From assembly GCA_024638565.1 (NCBI GenBank), contig JAHEKC010000005.1, forward strand, positions 519-64,518: a stretch of 64,000 nt of DNA, in the 5' to 3' direction. Shown here one piece after another: positions 58,398 to 64,000 of the stretch. This stretch comes from Bacteroidota bacterium. Its GTDB lineage: Bacteria > Bacteroidota > Bacteroidia > AKYH767-A > OLB10. Below the pieces are notes generated by a model, which had not been told where the DNA came from, searched no databases, and worked only from the letters and a program-made list of their open reading frames with translations. Numbering within the stretch: position 1 is the first letter of the stretch; each line of letters opens with the position of its first letter. Both the position numbers and the translations under genes were made by a program.

Positions 58398-58724
58398 ATG
58401 ATTACGGTCACGGAAAAGGCGAAAAATAAGGCTATAGAGCTCATGAAGGCGGAGGATCGGCCGGATGGCTCCTTCATACGTGTAGGCGTGGAAGGTGGCG
58501 GATGCTCGGGTCTTTCCTATATGCTCACATTCGATAACGAAGTATTGGAGGGGGACAAGGTTTTTGAAGACAAGGGCATTCGTATCGTTTGTGATAAGAA
58601 GTCTTTTCTCTACCTGGTAGGCACCAATCTCGACTTCAGCGACGGATTGAACGGAAAGGGATTCCAGTTCGAAAATCCGAACGCAAACCGTACCTGCGGC
58701 TGTGGTGAGAGCTTTGCCCTCTGA
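58398..58724 (+). CDS. sufA: A-type Fe-S carrier (HesB/IscA/SufA)
   Basis: GGGCSG and NPNA..TCGCGESF. Confidence 0.93.
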   Translation: MITVTEKAKNKAIELMKAEDRPDGSFIRVGVEGGGCSGLSYMLTFDNEVLEGDKVFEDKGIRIVCDKKSFLYLVGTNLDFSDGLNGKGFQFENPNANRTCGCGESFAL

Positions 58725-58766
58725 TGCCGTGCCGGCCGACCGGTTTGTTTTCCAGCGCTAATACTT

Positions 58767-60212
58767 ATGTCTGAAGACCAGAAAATACTGGATAAGGTTA
58801 CGCAGTCCGAATACAAGTGGGGATTCGAATCAAATATTGAATCGGAGACCGCACCCAAGGGACTCAATGAAGATATTATCCGGTTCATATCCGAAAAGAA
58901 AAACGAACCGGCATGGCTGCTCGAGTTCAGGCTGAAGAGCTTCAAGGCCTGGCAGAAAATGAAGTCGGAGCCCGCATGGGCCAACATCAGGTACACACCC
59001 ATCGATTACCAGGATATCATTTATTACGCGGCACCACGCAAGCGCCCCCAGTTGAACAGCCTCGATGAACTGGACCCGGAAATCAAGTCTACGTTCGACA
59101 AGCTGGGCATCTCGCTTGAAGAGCAGAACCGGCTGGCCAATGTCGCCGTTGATGCTGTCATTGACTCGGTGTCCGTGAAGACGACGTTTCGTGACGAACT
59201 GAAAAAGCAGGGAATAATCTTCTGCGCATTCAGCGAGGCGGTGCAGGAACATCCCGACCTGGTCAGGAAGTACCTGGGTTCCGTGGTGCCATACACGGAT
59301 AACTTTTTCGCGGCGCTCAACAGTGCCGTATTCAGCGACGGCTCGTTCTGTTACATTCCCAAGGGGGTGCGCTGCCCGATGGAGCTCTCCACTTACTTCC
59401 GGATCAACGCGGCGGGTACTGGCCAGTTCGAACGGACCCTGATTGTTGCCGATGAAGCCAGCCAGGTAAGTTACCTCGAGGGATGCACGGCCCCCATGCG
59501 CGATACCAACCAGCTGCATGCCGCCGTGGTTGAAATTTATGCGCATGACCGGGCGCAGGTGAAATACTCCACCGTGCAGAACTGGTATCCCGGCGACAAG
59601 CACGGGAAGGGCGGGATATTCAATTTCGTGACCAAGCGTGGTTTGGCGCTCCGGGCAAGCAAGATCAGCTGGACACAGGTGGAAACCGGGTCTGCCATCA
59701 CGTGGAAGTACCCCAGTGTGATCCTGAAAGGCGACGATTCCGTGGGAGAATTTTATTCCGTTGCCCTGACCAATAACATGCAACAGGCGGACACGGGCAC
59801 CAAGATGATCCACCTGGGCCGCAATACCAAAAGCACCATTATCTCCAAGGGCATCAGCGCCGGTAAAAGCAACAACAGCTACCGGGGGCTTGTCCGGGTG
59901 AGCAAGCAGGCGGAGCAGGCGCGGAATTTCTCGCAATGCGACTCCCTGCTGCTGGGCGACCGATGCGGGGCCCATACTTTCCCATACCTGGAGATCCATA
60001 ATCCCTCCGCCAGGGTGGAGCACGAGGCCACCACCAGCAAGGTGGGCGAAGACCAGATATTTTACTGCAACCAGCGGGGCCTCTCCACGGAAGATGCGAT
60101 TGGACTCATCGTGAACGGTTTTTGCAAGGAGGTGTTCAATGAGCTGCCCATGGAATTCGCCGTGGAAGCACAGAAGCTGCTCGCGGTATCCCTTGAAGGA
60201 AGTGTGGGTTAA
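58767..60212 (+). CDS. sufB: Fe-S cluster assembly protein SufB
   Basis: [41 protein letters not shown] and LEGSVG. Confidence 0.97.
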   Translation: MSEDQKILDKVTQSEYKWGFESNIESETAPKGLNEDIIRFISEKKNEPAWLLEFRLKSFKAWQKMKSEPAWANIRYTPIDYQDIIYYAAPRKRPQLNSLDELDPEIKSTFDKLGISLEEQNRLANVAVDAVIDSVSVKTTFRDELKKQGIIFCAFSEAVQEHPDLVRKYLGSVVPYTDNFFAALNSAVFSDGSFCYIPKGVRCPMELSTYFRINAAGTGQFERTLIVADEASQVSYLEGCTAPMRDTNQLHAAVVEIYAHDRAQVKYSTVQNWYPGDKHGKGGIFNFVTKRGLALRASKISWTQVETGSAITWKYPSVILKGDDSVGEFYSVALTNNMQQADTGTKMIHLGRNTKSTIISKGISAGKSNNSYRGLVRVSKQAEQARNFSQCDSLLLGDRCGAHTFPYLEIHNPSARVEHEATTSKVGEDQIFYCNQRGLSTEDAIGLIVNGFCKEVFNELPMEFAVEAQKLLAVSLEGSVG

Positions 60213-60258
60213 GGCCAGGATGGTTTTTCGCTAATGAGAACAGGATATTAAACAGTTA

Positions 60259-61029
60259 ATGACCAAGCCAACAACAATGCTCGATATACAAAACCTGGTT
60301 GCCGGGGTGGAAGGCAAGCAAATACTGAACGGATTGTCCCTGCGGGTGAAGCCCGGCGAGGTGCATGCCATCATGGGTCCCAACGGGTCCGGAAAGAGCA
60401 CGCTTGCCGGAGTGCTGGCGGGAAAGGAAGGATACGAGGTGTCGGGGTCGCTGATGTTCGATGGCAAGGATATGGCTGAATGGTCGCCCGAGGAACGTGC
60501 GCAGGCAGGTCTTTTCCTGGCTTTTCAGTACCCGGTGGAGATCCCGGGGGTAAGCACCGCCAACTTTTTGAAGGAAGCGCTGAATGCCATCCGTAAGGCA
60601 CGCGGTGAGGAACCCGTGGACTCGAAACAGTTCCTTCAACTGATGAAGTCCAAGCTGGCACTGGTGGAGATGGACAAGGAAATGGCCAGGCGAAGCGTCA
60701 ATGAAGGATTCAGCGGAGGGGAGAAAAAACGGAATGAAATCTTCCAGATGGCCATGCTGGAACCGAAGCTGTGTGTGATGGACGAAACGGATTCAGGTCT
60801 TGACATCGACGCACTTAAAATTGTGGCCAGGGGAGTGAACTCGCTCCGGGGGGAGCAAAGGTCATTCGTGATCATCACGCATTACCAGCGGCTGCTTGAT
60901 TACATCGTGCCGGATCATGTGCATGTGCTTTACGACGGAAGGATCGTGAAAAGCGGTGGCAAGGAACTCGCACTCGAACTGGAAGAAAAGGGATACGACT
61001 GGATCCGGGACGATAAGCAGCCCGCCTGA
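60259..61029 (+). CDS. sufC: Fe-S cluster assembly ATPase SufC
   Basis: GPNGSGKS, FQYPVEIPG, GFSGGEKKR, DETDSGLD and ITHYQR. The start may instead be 60277. Confidence 0.97.
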   Translation: MTKPTTMLDIQNLVAGVEGKQILNGLSLRVKPGEVHAIMGPNGSGKSTLAGVLAGKEGYEVSGSLMFDGKDMAEWSPEERAQAGLFLAFQYPVEIPGVSTANFLKEALNAIRKARGEEPVDSKQFLQLMKSKLALVEMDKEMARRSVNEGFSGGEKKRNEIFQMAMLEPKLCVMDETDSGLDIDALKIVARGVNSLRGEQRSFVIITHYQRLLDYIVPDHVHVLYDGRIVKSGGKELALELEEKGYDWIRDDKQPA

Positions 61030-61052
61030 TCCGCAAGCAGGATACATCAGGA

Positions 61053-62333
61053 ATGAAAACCGATCCCATCAAGGAATATAAAAGCCGCTTCGAAGCAGGC
61101 AATGGAAAGCCTTTCCCCGCTTTGCAGGCTGAGGCCATGGACACGTTCGTGCGCCTTGGATTCCCGGGAAAGCATAACGAGGAATGGCGTTACACGCCCA
61201 TCCGGCCGATCCGTGAACGGGTATTCGCGGCGGGGCATGATACACGCAGCTCGAAGCAGGAGGTACAGCAGCGGTTTCCTTTCCTGGAAGGCGCGGCATA
61301 CGCTGTCATGGAAAACGGATCCTGGAACAGGGAGGCCTCTTCCTTGCCGGAAGATGCCCCCCGGATGTCAGGTATCTCCGAGGCGAAGGATCATCCAGGG
61401 GTGCAGGCACACTTCGGAAAATATGCCGATACGCATATCGATCCGTTCGCTGCCTGGAATACGGCATTTGCCGATGCGGGACTGGTGATAGAAATCCCGG
61501 ACGGGCAACGCATCGACACGCCGGTTTACGTGGTGCTGCTCGATCAGGGGCCCGGAGCGGTAGCCCATAACAGGCTGCTGGTAATGGCAGGTCATAATGC
61601 GGCCTGTTCCATCAGGCTCATTACCGCTTCAGGCACGGTCGCTGACCAGTCGCTGCTGAACACGACCAGTGAGGTGGTGCTGGGTGAAGGCGCAAAGGTC
61701 GAGTGGGATGTGCTGCAGATGCAGGATGAAAACGCATTCCAGGTGGCCAACACCTATGTTTTTCAGCACGGCCGTTCAGTGTTCACATCACGCACGGTGA
61801 CCACCGGCGGGCGTATTGTCAGAAACAAGCTTCATATCAGGGCCGCCGGCGAGCATTGTGAATCGAACATGTACGGACTGTACTTGGGTTCCGGTGACCA
61901 GGTGATCGACAACCATACCGGGATGTTTCATGCGAGCCCCCGGTGCCTGAGTAATCAGCTTTACAAGGGCCTGGTGGGGGACAGGGCGCAGGCCGTGTTT
62001 AACGGCCGGATCGTGGTGGAACGTGACGCCCAGCAAACCAATGCGTACCAGTCGAGCAAAAACCTCCTGATGGGTCCTGATGCGGCGGTCACCGCGAAGC
62101 CGCAGCTCGAAATTTTTGCCGACGATGTCAGGTGCACGCATGGCGCCACCACGGGCCAGCTAGACGATGCAGCGTTGTTCTACCTTCGTTCACGCGGACT
62201 GCCGCGCGACGAAGCGGTATCCATGCTCAATCTTGCCTTCGCATTCGATGTACTCGAGTCTTTTAACGAGGGTCCGTTCCGGAGCTTTATAGAGGAGACG
62301 GTGCGTGCCCGGCTGAAAGAAATAAGGATATGA
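61053..62333 (+). CDS. sufD: Fe-S cluster assembly protein SufD
   Basis: EEWRYT, SNQLYKG, KPQLEIFADDVRCTHGAT and FYLRSRG. Confidence 0.95.
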   Translation: MKTDPIKEYKSRFEAGNGKPFPALQAEAMDTFVRLGFPGKHNEEWRYTPIRPIRERVFAAGHDTRSSKQEVQQRFPFLEGAAYAVMENGSWNREASSLPEDAPRMSGISEAKDHPGVQAHFGKYADTHIDPFAAWNTAFADAGLVIEIPDGQRIDTPVYVVLLDQGPGAVAHNRLLVMAGHNAACSIRLITASGTVADQSLLNTTSEVVLGEGAKVEWDVLQMQDENAFQVANTYVFQHGRSVFTSRTVTTGGRIVRNKLHIRAAGEHCESNMYGLYLGSGDQVIDNHTGMFHASPRCLSNQLYKGLVGDRAQAVFNGRIVVERDAQQTNAYQSSKNLLMGPDAAVTAKPQLEIFADDVRCTHGATTGQLDDAALFYLRSRGLPRDEAVSMLNLAFAFDVLESFNEGPFRSFIEETVRARLKEIRI

Positions 62334-63574
62334 CCATGCAGGCCGCCACCAGGGCCTTCGATGTGAGCGCCGCCAGGAAGGACTTCCCGATACTGGACCG
62401 CAAGGTTCACGGCAAGCCATTGGTGTACCTGGATAATGCGGCGACCTCACAGAAACCACGGTCTGTCATCGACGCCCTGACGAAGTTTTACACTGAGTAC
62501 AATGCAAACATTCACCGTGGCGTCCATTTCCTGAGCCAGCAGGCCAGCGAGGCTTACGATGCGGTAAGGGGCAAGGTGCAGCGGTTCATCCACGCGGGCA
62601 CTGAACGCGAAGTGGTGTTTACACGCGGAACCACGGAATCAGTAAACCTGGTCGCATCCTCGTTTCTTAAACCGAGGCTGTCGGCCGGTGATGTCGTGCT
62701 GGTAAGCGCCATGGAACACCATAGCAATATCGTGCCGTGGCAGATGGCCTGCGAGGCTTGCCAGGCTTCGGTTCAGGTTATCCCGATGGATGATACCGGA
62801 ACGCTTGACCTGGAGGCATACCGCAACCTGCTCACTCCCGCTGTGAAACTGGTTGCCGTGGTACATACTTCCAATTCCCTCGGTACGGTAAATCCTGTCA
62901 CGGAAATGACCGCACTGGCGCATGAACAGGGTATCCCGGTGCTGGTAGACGGCGCACAGGCGGTTGCACATGGTCCCGTGGATGTACAGGAGATGGGTTG
63001 TGATTTCTTCGCGTTTTCAAGTCACAAGATGCTGGGCCCTACAGGTACCGGCGTACTGTGGGCGCGCGAGGATCTGCTGGAGTCAATGCCACCCTACCAG
63101 GGGGGCGGAGACATGATCGCATCCGTTTCCTTTGAAAAGACCACTTATAACGAGATTCCCTTCCGGTTCGAAGCGGGTACCCAAAACGTGGCAGATGTCA
63201 TCGCATTCGGCGCGGCCATCGACTACTGGAACGGGCTGGACCGTGCTGCTGCTGCGGCGCACGAGAAAAACCTGCTTGCACATGCCACCAGTTCACTGGA
63301 AAGCATGAACGGCATTCGTTTGATAGGCCGTGCTTCCGCTAAAGCCGCGGTCGTCTCTTTCGTGGCCGGGGGCATCAATGCCCTGGACCTGGGCATGTAC
63401 CTGGACACGCAGGGAATTGCCCTTCGGACGGGTCATCACTGTACGGAACCCGTAATGGATTTCTACGGCATTCCGGGAACGCTCCGGGTTTCATACCTGT
63501 TTTACAACACCAATGAAGAGACGGACCTGATGATCCGGGCACTGGATAGGGGGATATCCCTGCTGTCCGGATAA
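62330..63574 (+). CDS. sufS: Cysteine desulfurase SufS
   Basis: YLDNAATSQKP, HRG, EHHSN, DGAQ, SSHKM.GP and RTGHHC. Confidence 0.96.
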   Translation: MTMQAATRAFDVSAARKDFPILDRKVHGKPLVYLDNAATSQKPRSVIDALTKFYTEYNANIHRGVHFLSQQASEAYDAVRGKVQRFIHAGTEREVVFTRGTTESVNLVASSFLKPRLSAGDVVLVSAMEHHSNIVPWQMACEACQASVQVIPMDDTGTLDLEAYRNLLTPAVKLVAVVHTSNSLGTVNPVTEMTALAHEQGIPVLVDGAQAVAHGPVDVQEMGCDFFAFSSHKMLGPTGTGVLWAREDLLESMPPYQGGGDMIASVSFEKTTYNEIPFRFEAGTQNVADVIAFGAAIDYWNGLDRAAAAAHEKNLLAHATSSLESMNGIRLIGRASAKAAVVSFVAGGINALDLGMYLDTQGIALRTGHHCTEPVMDFYGIPGTLRVSYLFYNTNEETDLMIRALDRGISLLSG

Positions 63575-63589
63575 TTTATCATGACGGGA

Positions 63590-64000
63590 ATGGAAACCAT
63601 AGCAGAACGGGAACATGAGATCATTACGGATTTCGGGCTGTTCGACACCTGGGAGGAGAAATACCAGTATATCATCGAACTGGGACAAAAACTGCCGCCG
63701 CTCGACAACCGGTACCATGACGATGCGCACAAGATCAAGGGATGCCAGAGCAGCGTTTGGCTTCGCTGCCATGAGACGGACGGACGAATATATTTCGAGG
63801 CGGACAGTGATTCTACCTTCGTGAAAGGAGAAATCGCACTTTTGGTCAATGTCCTGTCCGGGCAGCGGCCCGCAGATGTCGCTTCCGCTGAACTGGGGTT
63901 CATTGATGCCATTGGATTAAGGCAACACATTGCCGTGACACGCGCCAACGGCCTGGCCAGCATGATCCGGCAAATGAAAACCTATGCAATCGCATTTGAA
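63590..64000 (+). CDS. sufE: SufE sulfur acceptor, runs off the window edge and absent from the ORF track
   Basis: Manual translation: METIAEREHEIITDFGLFDTWEEKYQYIIELGQKLPPL...IKGCQSSVW...ADSDS. In-frame ATGs at 63581 and 63590; no stop before 64000. Confidence 0.92.
   Translation, partial: METIAEREHEIITDFGLFDTWEEKYQYIIELGQKLPPLDNRYHDDAHKIKGCQSSVWLRCHETDGRIYFEADSDSTFVKGEIALLVNVLSGQRPADVASAELGFIDAIGLRQHIAVTRANGLASMIRQMKTYAIAFE

Overview
Core-genome window of a Bacteroidota chromosome. The taxonomic call rests on about a dozen TAnnTTTG (-7) promoter boxes, T9SS components and cargo (PorZ, PorG-like DUF6089 pair, CTD proteins), the rpsU-xerC-hpf block and Gln at +1 of most signal peptides. It holds about 59 genes, mostly housekeeping: PBP1A, scoAB, lysC, ctaA, pyk, recO, cysS, NAD kinase, pdxJ, serA, fbp, class II RNR, thiL and sufABCDSE. 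I see no rRNA, tRNA, CRISPR array, transposase or prophage. Best leads: (1) a divergent trio of predicted lipoproteins at 35.8-38.3 kb, namely a haem-c (CxxCH) fused PHM/DBH-type dicopper monooxygenase with all six candidate Cu ligands, a CxxS redoxin and a Rieske-like protein with non-canonical ligands; (2) a TonB receptor + DUF5689 lipoprotein + secreted EEP nuclease locus near nrdJ, a candidate extracellular-DNA scavenging system; (3) a 43-aa ribosomal protein bTHX missed by the ORF track; (4) a strong Shine-Dalgarno on rpsU, consistent with bS21 autoregulation; (5) a split ALDH16-like gene pair; (6) several families of intergenic micro-repeats and a possible MITE. All calls come from motif recognition by eye; no database searches were run.
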